From Trichomonas gallinae (taxonomy: Eukaryota), in contig MRSU01010174.1 of NCBI GenBank assembly GCA_008369845.1, positions 1 to 34,218 of the forward strand: a stretch of 34,218 nt of DNA, written 5' to 3'. Positions within the stretch are counted from its first letter, which is position 1. Every line of letters begins with the position of its first letter. Shown piece after piece: positions 10,905 through 21,900 of the stretch. A model generated the notes under the pieces. That model saw nothing but the letters and a program-made list of their open reading frames with translations, ran no database searches and was not told the DNA's origin. The translations under genes were made by a program, and so were the position numbers.

Positions 10905-11770
10905 CGCAAAAAATTTTCTCGAGACACTTTAAAAACGTGCTAAAAATCGAGAAAAAAAATAAAATCATATATAATAGTTACTAAAAAGAATAATAATGAT
11001 TATTTAACGATGGAGAAAATTGAATAAAAGGATTGAAAATTGAATGGTACGATTAACTTTTCTATTTCTGCTACTGTTTAGTAATTATAAATTATGCGTA
11101 GGAAGTGTTAATTAATTATGCAACAAAACCTAGATTATTATAAAGATTGAAATTCTTTGGTAATTCAAAAGATAGTTTGAGAATTATTTCCTTCATTTAA
11201 AATTTTGTAATTTAAATTCTTTATCTGATATAATTAGTAATATTTTTTTGATGTAAAAATTTTACATAGCATTTTTATATGATAAATTTTATACTATAAT
11301 TCTATTATATATCTATTTCTATATCTAATTTCAAAATAAAATTTGTAATTCGTTATTTTATTAAATATTTCCATTATAAGGAGATTACTATCTATAAATC
11401 TCAAAACATGGAAATTCTTATTCATGTAAAGAAAAATTGAAAAATAATGTGTTGTTATTTACGAAATTATATTAAATATGGTATATTTATAATAAATAAA
11501 ATTTAAATTGCCATTGAAATTGAATGGCATTTAATCACACTTTTTAATTAGCTCATTGAAAAAATTCTAAAATTGGTTGGATGAAAATTTTGAGATGACT
11601 TTCATTATCAAAAAAAAGTCACAACTGAAAAGCAATATGGTTCATTCTCAGATCACTTAGAGAACACTTTATATGCATATAATTACACTATATCTACCAT
11701 CAATTGCTTGATTTTATGAAGATTGTATTAAGAAATTTTTCAAAACAAAAGTTAAGCATTTAATTTTTAG

Positions 11771-12166
11771 CTATTTCAAAATAATACAAAAATCTATAAT
11801 AAACTATCACACGAAATCCGAGAAATCCCAAAACAATAAATAAAATTTTTTGACTCGGCCAAAGTGATAATGTTGGAATTGGATTATATGCAATAATATG
11901 ATTCCAAAAATACAAACAATAAAAATTCTGCCAAATAAAATTTACAAATGGCAAAGAGAAATTGAATTGGAAAAGTGTACGTTTAATAATTCATGGATAT
12001 ATCTCATTCCAACAGAGAGCAATTGTTATTTGAAAAGGCTAAGCTACTTGATGAAATTAAAAAGCTAGAAGATGATGATCTTAAACTCCAAAAAGAATAT
12101 ATTTCAGTTTTAGATGAAATCGATCAAATATTGCAACAACTTGAAAGAAATGAGCAAAAAGAATGA
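11771..12166 (+). pseudogene. Decayed coiled-coil gene whose 3' end (11993..12166, 57 aa) is still open
   Basis: ATG 11993 to TGA 12164-12166 gives MDISHSNREQLLFEKAKLLDEIKKLEDDDLKLQKEYISVLDEIDQILQQLERNEQKE. The same frame upstream reads protein-like but is interrupted by stops (..HEIREIPKQ*IKFFDSAKVIMLELDYMQ*YDSK..). The 5' boundary is approximate. Confidence 0.5.
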
Positions 12167-12659
12167 AATTATTACGATTAATTTCTTGTTATTTTTCTAT
12201 CAATAGAAGTGTAATGAACCATTATCCATCATAGATGATAATTAATCTATTGTTTCAAAATGGGCCGCTTTTCCAATCAATTATTTTGATATTTCTTTCA
12301 TTTTCACATCATAAAAACTCTAAATTCAATGGAATAAAGATGACCAGGAGTTGTAGGCGTAAAAAAAATTAAACTTTATTCAGGAAAGCATTAACTGCAA
12401 ATCCCAAATTTATGCAACTAAAGTATTTTCAGGAAGTAATAAAAACTTGTTAATAAGATTATCCATACTTCAAGAAAATTAATCAAATTTGCTGACATAA
12501 CTATTCTTGTAATTTTGAGCTCTGATAGTCAATTATTAGCCTAGTCTACCCTTCCTCTTGTTGTGCTTTCATAGTATATTCCATTAGGAGAAGGTACATT
12601 ATATTCGTTATGTTTCTTATACTATTTTATTGACTTTGATAACAATTTGCTGTATAATA

Positions 12660-13600
12660 CGATGCCTTTTCTTCATGGTGAAGATTTCTAGCAGTTTTAC
12701 TTGGATTTGGGAGAAATCGTTTTGCAAATCATGATTATCTTGTGTAAATTTCATATTTTAGCTGATTTTGCTATCTTGCATAATTTTTTTAGCGAAATGT
12801 TGGGTTTTTGTTTGCTTTTATCGCTTGAATTCTTTTTGATTGAATTGATATAAAATTTCATCATTTGTTGTGATAAAATTTATCATGGTATATAGCTCAT
12901 TTTCGAGTTCTCGCTCTTAGAATCATCCTTTGGTGGTTTCAATCTTGAATTTTATGTATATTCAATTGGATTCTCAGTTTTGTCATCATTTGATGAGCTT
13001 TTCTGTATGGCATACTACGAAGGATTACTTTAAGCCTAATAAAATTGATATTGCGTCAAGTATATGAATCCGATAAGGAACTTTCTAATTTTCGATTGTT
13101 TTTAGGTTCTTTTTTGTGCTTTATTGAACTAGATTAGAATGAATATACCGAATTTTGCTGTTTTGGCGATAAATTTGGTGCTGTTGAAGAAGAAAGCAAA
13201 CAATAAGACGTCTGAAAAGTTAAATTTGAATCTTCTATGCATGTATATGAGTTAATGTGCTTAGTGCATTACATGTAATTCGGATTATTTACAATGTCAA
13301 TATATGTTGATTAGTTTTCAACATTATAAATGGGCTGTGGTACTTGCCTGTTAATTTCCTTTTTGTTTATTGAGTTTAAAATATCACTTGACTCATTTTC
13401 AGTAAACTATTCTTTTTTTATCGTAAATTCTGGTATAGTTTTGTAAAAGGAATGTGCAGAATGTGTTATATATGATTATTGCAGAGGTTTGGTCGCTTTA
13501 TCATTATTTGCTTTTGTTTTCCTAGTCGCGGGAAATTGTTGCTTTCGTTTTTATGATATAGAAAATGCATTTTTCTTGCATTGATGGGTTTTGTTTTGGT
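12660..13600 (-). pseudogene. Relic of a low-complexity (S/T/N/K/P-rich) protein gene
   Basis: One minus-strand frame from ~13550 to ~13045 reads ~165 protein-like codons with five internal TAA/TAG stops (..KTIPEFTIKKE*FTENESSDILNSINKKEINRQVPQPIYNVEN*..LLSSSTAPNLSPKQQNS..). Further frameshifted segments follow (KSSSNDDKTENPIEY, RLKPPKDDSKSENSK). Boundaries are approximate. Confidence 0.5.
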
Positions 13601-14269
13601 GTATTATTTATATTTTTCCTAGTTAAATCAGTACAAAACATAATTGAAGCAGAATTTGACAATTATATAAGTATTTTTTGTTGAATATGTATTTAGTAAC
13701 TTTTATCAAGGTATTTTATCGATTTAGTTTTGAAAAATAACCATATTTTATTTTAGAAATTTTTAAAATTTGAAAAAAAATAACTGAAATAATTGCCATC
13801 ATTCATAGAGCTTTTGGGATGGTCAAAATAATTCTCAATTTTTAGAACGCCTAAAAACTTGAAATTCTGACTTTTTGTCGTTGAAATCTTCATTTTTCTC
13901 GAAGATTTGTTAATCCCACAATTCTTGATCGGTATGCATTAATTATTTCAATGCTAATCCATATAAATCTCCTAAATATGTCTATATTTAGCTTTTGTAA
14001 ATATGTTTCCGATGGGCGCAAAAATTTGAGAATTCCTAATTTATTAGAGCTTGTTTATACAAAGATATGTCTGCAACATGACATGAATTGTCTAAATCTA
14101 TACAGTTCAAATAATTTTATTGAACAATACAAAAAAAATTTAAATTTGATCCGAATATTTTATTACAAATAATTCTAATCAAAAACAAAACAAACAAAAC
14201 AACTGAATGCTTGTCAATAAGCAGTGAAACTATGATTTGAAAGCATTATTTCTATTTGAAGTAAAAAAA

Positions 14270-14959
14270 TTATAGCTCTAAATGGTCTTCATAGTACTTG
14301 AATAGTATGCCTAGATGCTTTTCTTTCATTTCATCGTTAGAAATCCAATGAATTTCCCCATTTGGCATCTGAACTGCAAAATATAAGCCTTGTTCGTATT
14401 TTCTGCAGCCAAGAATTTGATGCTGCTTCTCTCTGTCTGTAATTTTAAGCATAGAAGTAATCCTATTTTTAACAGCTTCTTTCTCAGCATGCGATAATTT
14501 TAATGACGGCACATTATGTGACTTTTGAGGAGCTGGAAGCTTTGGCTGCTCGCTCGGCTTCGTAGGTTCGCGCGGTTTTGCCGGTTGTAACTTACTCAAT
14601 AATTGGAGGGTTTCTCTATAATTACTGGCAATATCTGCGTTGAATTTGAGGTCTGTCTTAGTTAACTCATGGTTCACGTGGACGTTTTCGATTTTTGGAG
14701 TGGAAAGAGGGGTATTTATTGTCCGTAAAAGATCTTGGTCTGCTTTTTCTGATTGTGGAACTGGGCTGATCTTAATGATTTGAACATCATCATCATCTTC
14801 GGTTCGTTTTATAGGAATCGAAAAAGGTGTATTTAATTCATAAATTTTCTCGTGAGACTCGTAAGGATTCGATTTATCTGTCGACGGAGCTGCTGACCTA
14901 TCGTCCGAGGGCTTTGACAAAGCTTCGATAAGAGAAAAGAGACCATTACTGGAATTCAT
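14270..14959 (-). CDS. Protein with a C-terminal chromo-shadow-like domain
   Basis: The C-terminus QILGCRKYEQGLYFAVQMPNGEIHWISNDEMKEKHLGILFKYYEDHL matches the HP1 chromo-shadow pattern (I-G..L-F..W..E..L..FYE.L), preceded by a disordered Pro/Ser/Lys region. I chose ATG 14957-14959 over the track's non-ATG start at 15004. Confidence 0.75.
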   Translation of the reverse strand: MNSSNGLFSLIEALSKPSDDRSAAPSTDKSNPYESHEKIYELNTPFSIPIKRTEDDDDVQIIKISPVPQSEKADQDLLRTINTPLSTPKIENVHVNHELTKTDLKFNADIASNYRETLQLLSKLQPAKPREPTKPSEQPKLPAPQKSHNVPSLKLSHAEKEAVKNRITSMLKITDREKQHQILGCRKYEQGLYFAVQMPNGEIHWISNDEMKEKHLGILFKYYEDHLEL

Positions 14960-15651
14960 GCTACCAAAACGCAAAAAAAAAGATCTAAAATTTTTTTTTT
15001 GCAAAAATAAATTTTTTTCGGTCCCCGAGATCGAACCTGATACTTTTTAAAAAATCTTTTTCAAAAATTTTGTTTCGCACAAACTACAAATCTTACCGAT
15101 TCTTTTTACCTTCAATTGGTATGGATCGAGGTCTCATATCATAGCAACCATACCTGCAGACCAGCATGCATTAATACAGCTTACCAACAGAGAAATGAGC
15201 TAGTTCGTGAGCTCTAGAAATATTTCAAAATAATACCTTTTGAATTTTTTGATCGAAAAAGCTGTCGGAAAAAAACGTTATATTATAACATATCATGGTT
15301 CAACAAGGCATTATATGCAAAAAAATCCGAAAAATGTCAAAAAATCAAGTAAACCCAGGGTCCTAACTTTGCAACAGCCCTGGATATAGCACCAAATAGC
15401 TCATTTAGATTTATTGCACATGTTCGTGTCCGAATATTTTTCTCAGGTTTATCCGCAAGAAGTTTTCAATTTCATTCGTGAAAAATTTATTTTACAAAAT
15501 GACATGAAAATTATTAACATTGGTTCTCTTATTGTAACTGGATGTTGATGTGGACAATACGATAATTTCATCATTATATATATATATCACTTTAAAATAT
15601 ATTTTATTAGGGAACATTTAATATTAAACAAAAACAACGAGTAATATGTAG

Positions 15652-16059
15652 TTAAACAGGAACTAGAAGATTCTCCGCTCTAATTCTAAGCGTATCCATA
15701 TATGATGATAAACTTTGCAATTGAGTCACAACTCTTGCAACTAGTTTGTTTCTGTTAATTAAAGATGGCGAGAGGCCATTTACAATTCTATCGATTTCCG
15801 TCTGTAATGCAACAATTTCATGGATAACAATTAAAGAATCAGCATTTAGATTATCTAGTTGCTCTTCTTCCTCTTCTTCTACGTATTCGTATTCATTTTC
15901 TTCTATTTCGGGTGGCTCGAATATCAATGGTTTTTCTGTTATCATTCTATCAACAGCATCGGCGAAGTTTTGTGATAATTTAGCTATTTCTTTTTGTCTT
16001 GAAACAAATACTTGATCATCCCATTGCTCTTCTTGCGTAGTTTCAATGGTTGTTGTCAT
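15652..16059 (-). CDS. Hypothetical helical protein with a central acidic tract
   Basis: 135-aa ATG-initiated ORF with natural composition (EIEENEYEYVEEEEEEQ flanked by amphipathic helices), divergent from AP-3 delta. Confidence 0.75.
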   Translation of the reverse strand: MTTTIETTQEEQWDDQVFVSRQKEIAKLSQNFADAVDRMITEKPLIFEPPEIEENEYEYVEEEEEEQLDNLNADSLIVIHEIVALQTEIDRIVNGLSPSLINRNKLVARVVTQLQSLSSYMDTLRIRAENLLVPV

Positions 16060-16128
16060 TATAAAAATCGAATTCTAGATTAATGTACGTTAATTTGTAA
16101 AGTTTACAAATATACCAAATAAATAATT

Positions 16129-16373
16129 TTACACGACAAGTATATCTTACATGTCAATTTTATTACTTACATGACAAAATTTCAATTTTTTGGAGACATG
16201 AATAATTTGGAATTGGGGCCTTATACTTGAGAATTATTATTCATAATACATCAAAAATAACATAATCCATGAAAATAAATACATACCAACACAACCAAAA
16301 TCTTCATGACAAATAAATTATTTACATAACAAATATATTATTTTACATGACAAATATATTATTTACACAACAA
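16129..16373 (+). repeat. Array of TTACAYRWCAA-type motifs in the divergent promoter region
   Basis: Copies start at 16129, 16147, 16167, 16303, 16322, 16343 and 16363, with 18-21 bp spacing within each cluster. Confidence 0.75.
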
Positions 16374-16478
16374 AAACGATTTCTTTGACAGTTTTCGATT
16401 TATTGATATTTTAGGTCTACTAAAGAAAGGTAATAATGTAAAGCAAAAAAGAAAAAACCGATGATGAAACAGGTAGGA

Positions 16479-16486
16479 AAAGTGAC
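16479..16486 (+). promoter_or_regulatory. M2-like core promoter motif AAAGTGAC upstream of AP-3 delta
   Basis: Exact AAAGTGAC 13 nt before the ATG at 16500. This octamer is a described Trichomonas upstream motif. It also occurs at 5263-5270 and 26295-26302, and reversed at 2836-2843 and 26392-26399. Confidence 0.55.
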
Positions 16487-16499
16487 TTAATAATTTTTC

Positions 16500-18827
16500 A
16501 TGGATAAACTTCTCGGCTTAGGAAAGCAGACGAAGGAAATTGGTAAGCAAGCACAAGAGCAGCTCAAGAAGGCCGGTGAGTCTATCAAGAAAGTATCAAA
16601 GCAGCTCATTCGCCGCTCACTTGCTGATGCTGTCAGAGATTATATCGCTTCGACATTAAATAATACGACAGATCAGTTCATCGCGGAACTTACAGCTGAA
16701 ATTCAGGAGTTCCACAAAATCCTCAAGGACGAAGAAAAGGGTTCACTCGTCCAACAAATCATCTTCTTGAATCTTTTGGGCTACGACACAACATGGGCAG
16801 ACTTCATGATCCTCGAAGTCATGTCAACATCAGACTACTCATTAAAGAGACTCTGCTACACAGCTGCTGGATTCTTGTGGAATTCTCAGTCTGATGTCGT
16901 TTTGATGGCAACAAACCGCATTGGAAAGGATCTTACAACAAACAACCCGCTCTTCTCATCATTAGTTTTAAGCGGCGTCACATCTTTCCTTTCTGACAAC
17001 ATTTCTCAGCATATCAGCAACGACGTCATCGCTTTCATGAAGTCTGCAAGGGCAGATGTCCGTCAGAAGGCTATTACAAACTTTTACAATATCTGCCTCA
17101 GATATCCAGACGCTCTTCGTATTGGCTTCCCAGCTCTCAAGGCCTGCCTTGATGACGCAGAGCCATCAGTTCTCTTCGCTACATTGAACGTTATGAACGA
17201 ATTTTGCAGACATAATCCACAAAACTTCACATCGCTTATTCCTAAGTTCTACAAGATGCTCGATGCTCCACCGAACAACTGGTGCTGCCTCAAGCTCATC
17301 AGCCTTCTCAGAATGCTTTGCGATGTTGAACCACGTCTTCCAAAGAAGTTAATTGCTCCATTCACAACATTACTCGAGACAACAGGCTCTGCTACAGTTC
17401 TTTTCGAACTCGTTAAGACAATTATCGAAGTTCCAATCACAAACACAGTTCTCCTTACATATGCCACACAGAGAATGCAGAACTTCATCGATAACCAGGA
17501 TGCAAACCTCAGATTCCTCTGCCTCAAGCTTTTCATCAAGTTGATGGAAATTCAGCCAAAGCTTGTCGCCCAAAACAAGGAAATCATCAGCAACTGCCTA
17601 GACAGCAACGATGAGGCCACAAGATTACTCGCCTTGGACCTCCTCGCAGCCCTCGCAAACTCAAAGACAATCGATGGAATCGTCGCTAAGATGTTCCACC
17701 ACTACAAGGAGTCTCTCTCTGTCACATTCAAGAACACAGTCGTCACACGCATCATCGAAGTCTGCTCAAAGAACGATTACGCAGTTATTACAGATTTCTC
17801 ATGGTACATTACGATTATTGGTGACTTTATCGAAGAAGGTGGCTTCACATGCTACGAGATCATTGCCAACCAGTTCATGGATCTCGCCACTCGTGTCCCA
17901 GCTACAAGAGAAAACTTGGTTGAGCAGATGGGCAAAATCCTCGGCATGAGGAACTACAGAGACGCCACAAAGCTCCTCCTCACAGCTCTCTACATCATCG
18001 GTGAATACTCCGAGAACGCCAAGCAGCTTCCACGCATCATCAACGAGAACATTTTGTTCTGCGATGAAAGAGTCCAAGTATCCGCCTTATCTACAGCCTT
18101 CAAGCTCTACATCAGATGCGAGACCGAGAAAGAGCAGACAGATGCAGAGAACTTGTTCAAGGAAAGACTCCCAGACTTCCAGACAGGCATCTACGCAGAA
18201 GTCCAGGATATCGCAGCTATCACCATCCAGCTTATTGATACATTCAAGGCACCAGAGGCAGCAGAAGCTTTCAGCGAGATCAAGACAAAGCTGACAACAG
18301 AATACGACGAAGACACATTACCGCCATTAGAAGTCCCAGAGGAGCTCAACGAGCCAATCGACGACACATTCAAAGTCAGCGACGATGATGACGACTTCCT
18401 CAAGGAAGACACGAACGGTCCTATCGATCCATTGGTCGAAGCGACAGCGAGCGAAGTCAGCAAGCAGAAGAAGTTGGAGAAGCCGAAGAAAGAGAAGATC
18501 AAAGTCAGAAAGCAGAAGCAGAACACAGACCGCCAGAATGTTGTCATCAAAGCAGCAAAGAAGCCTTTGTTCGGTCAGCCTGAAAAGAAGCAAAATGCTT
18601 TGGCAGATAAATTCGCAGATATTAACCTTAACGAACCAGCGCCTGCTCCTGCTCCAGCTAAGCCTAAACCGAAGAAGGACGAATTAAAGATGGCTCCAAA
18701 GAAGACTGAGCCTAAACCAGCAGCAGATCCAGCTGCACCAGCTGATCCAAATGCACCGCCTAAGAAGAAGGGAGTCATCAAGGCTGGTAAGAAGAAACTT
18801 CATAAGAAGGAAGAGGAAGCTAAGTAA
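16500..18827 (+). CDS. AP3D1: AP-3 complex subunit delta (delta adaptin)
   Basis: Adaptin_N trunk with delta-type motifs KRLCYTAA..DVVLMATNRIGKDL, NNWCCLKLISL..EPRLPKKL, DANLRFLCL, LDSNDEATRLLALDLL and ITDFSWYI. Codons are strongly C-ending. Confidence 0.92.
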   Translation: MDKLLGLGKQTKEIGKQAQEQLKKAGESIKKVSKQLIRRSLADAVRDYIASTLNNTTDQFIAELTAEIQEFHKILKDEEKGSLVQQIIFLNLLGYDTTWADFMILEVMSTSDYSLKRLCYTAAGFLWNSQSDVVLMATNRIGKDLTTNNPLFSSLVLSGVTSFLSDNISQHISNDVIAFMKSARADVRQKAITNFYNICLRYPDALRIGFPALKACLDDAEPSVLFATLNVMNEFCRHNPQNFTSLIPKFYKMLDAPPNNWCCLKLISLLRMLCDVEPRLPKKLIAPFTTLLETTGSATVLFELVKTIIEVPITNTVLLTYATQRMQNFIDNQDANLRFLCLKLFIKLMEIQPKLVAQNKEIISNCLDSNDEATRLLALDLLAALANSKTIDGIVAKMFHHYKESLSVTFKNTVVTRIIEVCSKNDYAVITDFSWYITIIGDFIEEGGFTCYEIIANQFMDLATRVPATRENLVEQMGKILGMRNYRDATKLLLTALYIIGEYSENAKQLPRIINENILFCDERVQVSALSTAFKLYIRCETEKEQTDAENLFKERLPDFQTGIYAEVQDIAAITIQLIDTFKAPEAAEAFSEIKTKLTTEYDEDTLPPLEVPEELNEPIDDTFKVSDDDDDFLKEDTNGPIDPLVEATASEVSKQKKLEKPKKEKIKVRKQKQNTDRQNVVIKAAKKPLFGQPEKKQNALADKFADINLNEPAPAPAPAKPKPKKDELKMAPKKTEPKPAADPAAPADPNAPPKKKGVIKAGKKKLHKKEEEAK

Positions 18828-18939
18828 TCCTCAATAAAACTTCTTTTTTAGTTTTGAAAAATTTTATATTTTTTGAAATTTTGTTTTTTATTATGCAAAA
18901 TTCTGTTAATACGCATAAATTTAGTAATGTTAAGATTTC

Positions 18940-21900
18940 ATGATGATTTCGAATCAATCTGGATTAGTTTGCATGGTGAATGGCGCCGTGCCAAACATTT
19001 TCGAGGTTCTTGACAAAATAAGCTACAAAGAATGGAAGACGAAGCGATACAAAGTAATTTCTGCGCTGGGAAAATCCATTTTAAAGCTTAATGATAAAGA
19101 AATTTCATCAACTTTCAATAATATTGAAGATAGAATCAAAAAATCATTAGAAAACGCAACAGAATTATCTATAGTTCGCTCATTACTATGCATTTCTATA
19201 CTATATCACTTCAGAAGGTCGATTGATCATTTAACTTCGAATTTTTCAACGATAATCGAATATGTGAATACGAAAAACATCACTATTGCACAGATATACG
19301 CCAAATTTTTCTATTATACAATAATAGAAGCCGAAAATTACCAGCCATTTCTAAATCAGACTCTAAACATCGTAAATCACATGCTTTCTAGTGAGCAGAA
19401 GGAGACTTATACAGTCAACGCCTTTTTTATACTACAGCAGTTGTCTAAAATCGATACCATAAATATATTGAATGTTACTGTTAAACATGTTCAAGATCTC
19501 ACGGCTTCTGTTTGCTCAAACAATCATATTCTAAGAAAAATTGGGAGAAAATTGTTCAAAATTCATCTGAGACTTCTTCCTGAAGAGTTATCATCGAAAT
19601 TTGCAAATGATAAGTTTAATATTTGCGTACAGATGCTTTTTCAGTTCAAAAATAGAGCCACACAGGCACCTATATTGTTAATGCACGCAATTTTTAAAGC
19701 AATTCCTCATATTTTAAATTTAAATCAATTATCGGAAGTAATTTATCAAGTTTTGCCAAATATAACACCAGAAATGCAGCTACTATTCTTCAAATTCATA
19801 AGAAAAGTCATCAAAATCAGGCCAAACGAATTTGATTCCGAAATAATAAAATTTATTTTGGAGCAAATTCAGCAACTCATAAATCAATCACAGAATATTC
19901 ATTACAATCTTAAAACATTACATATTATAGTATCAAAAATGCCAGAAAACGCTTTAAACTTTAAATTAATCGAAGAAATCCTAGAATTCATCATCCAAAG
20001 TCAAATATTTGATGAGTATGAACTGGTATACAGCATATCAAATGAGCTCATTGCTAAATTCCCAAAAGAAGAGCTAAAACCATTATTTTTTGAAAATCCA
20101 CAGCCAAACATTCAGTTTTTGTCATTAATCAAGCAACAACCGAAAGTTTTTGACTCAGTTTCTGATATATTACGTGCTTGGATCGTTGGGGGAATCAATG
20201 ATGAAAATGATACTGAATTAAATGGTTTTATAGCCATAGAAATACTTAAATTATATGGTGTGGAGCTTTTTTGGACGACATTAGGTGTGATCGAACAACT
20301 TATGCTTATTGCAAGATCACAAAATGAAAAACTGAGGATATCTGCAATACAAACAATGCCTATCATTGACAACAAAAACGCTTCTCCTTACATTCTACAA
20401 TTTGCCATTTATGATCCTTCAAAAAACGTAAGATTACAAGCGATAAAATTATTAGATGCGAAATATTTAGAAAATGACATGCATCAGTTGATTTTCTTGC
20501 TAGCAGACAAGTCACTAAAAGTTTGTATCGAGTCTTTACCAATAATTGCAGAGATATTTAATACAAATCCAATTTTATTCGAAACAGATGTTTTTAGTTA
20601 CATTTACAACTTTGTAACAAATTACATGCCAGTGTGCGAGTTCTCCAAACTAATCAAAGCTTGCAAACAACTTTCAAATATTATTTCATATTTCAAAAAC
20701 GTTTGCAGCACTATTGCTCCTATAATACTATGGACATGCACCACAATTTTACTCGAAGACGAGAAAATTCAGGATTTTTCACAGCTGGAAAATGATTTTG
20801 ATCCAAAAATTTTTATTCCTCAAGATTTGAACAAATATGAAACGAAAAACGTCTCGTTTGCTTCTAGTTTCAAAGAAAAAGGTTCCTATTGGAAGCAAAT
20901 CTTTAATATAACACATGGAAAAAATGTAGATAACAGAAACGCAGCTCTTTTTGATACAATCAGTTCACTGTCTGAACATGTAGTGCCATTCATACTCCAA
21001 ATCGGTCCAGTTTTCATTAAATACTTCAATTCAAGTCATTCACAAGTATTATATGAATCTGCGCTTCAATGCTTAACGAAAATCACCATATCAACCGAAT
21101 GCAGGTTCAAATTAACCACAATGTTTCCAAAATTATTATCATCAATAATTAATCTAATAAATTCGAATGTAAGCGAGAAAATAGTTATACTGGCCCTGAG
21201 ACTGATAGGAACAATAGGTTCCCCTGACTCAATTCCTTTGCAAACGTTTAACGAAAATAAGGTTTCTTTTACAAAAGTGACAATGTCAAATCCTTCGTTT
21301 TTTTCTGACTTTACAATTAACCTTTTAGTTTCAATTCTCACCAAATCAAAGTCAGTGTCTGTTTTCGAGGTTATAACAACAATACTCGCTAAAGGAACAA
21401 GTTTCACGATGAAATACTTGGAAATAATATTAATAGAATTTCGAAAAGCCATACAAGCGGAAATAGACGTAAATTTACTATTCAAATACCTAGAAGTAGT
21501 TGTATATTCAATAGGATGGCATGTTTCTAAATATATAGATCAATTCACAGATGTATTAAAGAAAAATATTCTAAAACTCGACTGTTTGAATCTCTGCATC
21601 ACTCTAAGCTACAAACTTCGTTCAGGATTCACAAATATCGCATCACAGTTATATCCAATAGTTCTGATGAATTATAATACTAATGATGTCAAACTTTTGA
21701 AGAAGTTGACAAAATTTGCCACTTTTTCTGTCATGTATCAGAATCAGTCGTTTTTTGTTCTTTTGGATTCCATTGAGATTAATTTCCTGTCGCCAACGAA
21801 TCCGGCGCCAAAACAGAAAATCACGATAATTATCAAAAGATTAACAATGCTTGTGCAGCACTTTCCACTGCATAGTTATGGAGTACAGATTGCACAGATA

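Noticed and set aside
11506..11532. Inverted repeat TGCCATT...AATGGCA
   Set aside because: A 7-bp stem in very AT-rich DNA is within chance expectation.
11977..12014. Possible short spliceosomal intron starting GTACGT and ending AACAG
   Set aside because: No conserved branch motif (ACTAAC/TCTAAC) before the AG, and the upstream frame is independently broken.
15019..15100. tRNA gene suggested by GGTTCGATC on the minus strand
   Set aside because: No T-stem pairing, D-arm, anticodon arm or acceptor stem. The flanks are A/T runs.
17249..18781. Many overlapping alternative-frame and antisense ORFs within AP-3 delta
   Set aside because: Explained by the C-ending codon bias and low-complexity tail of the host gene, which deplete stops in other frames.
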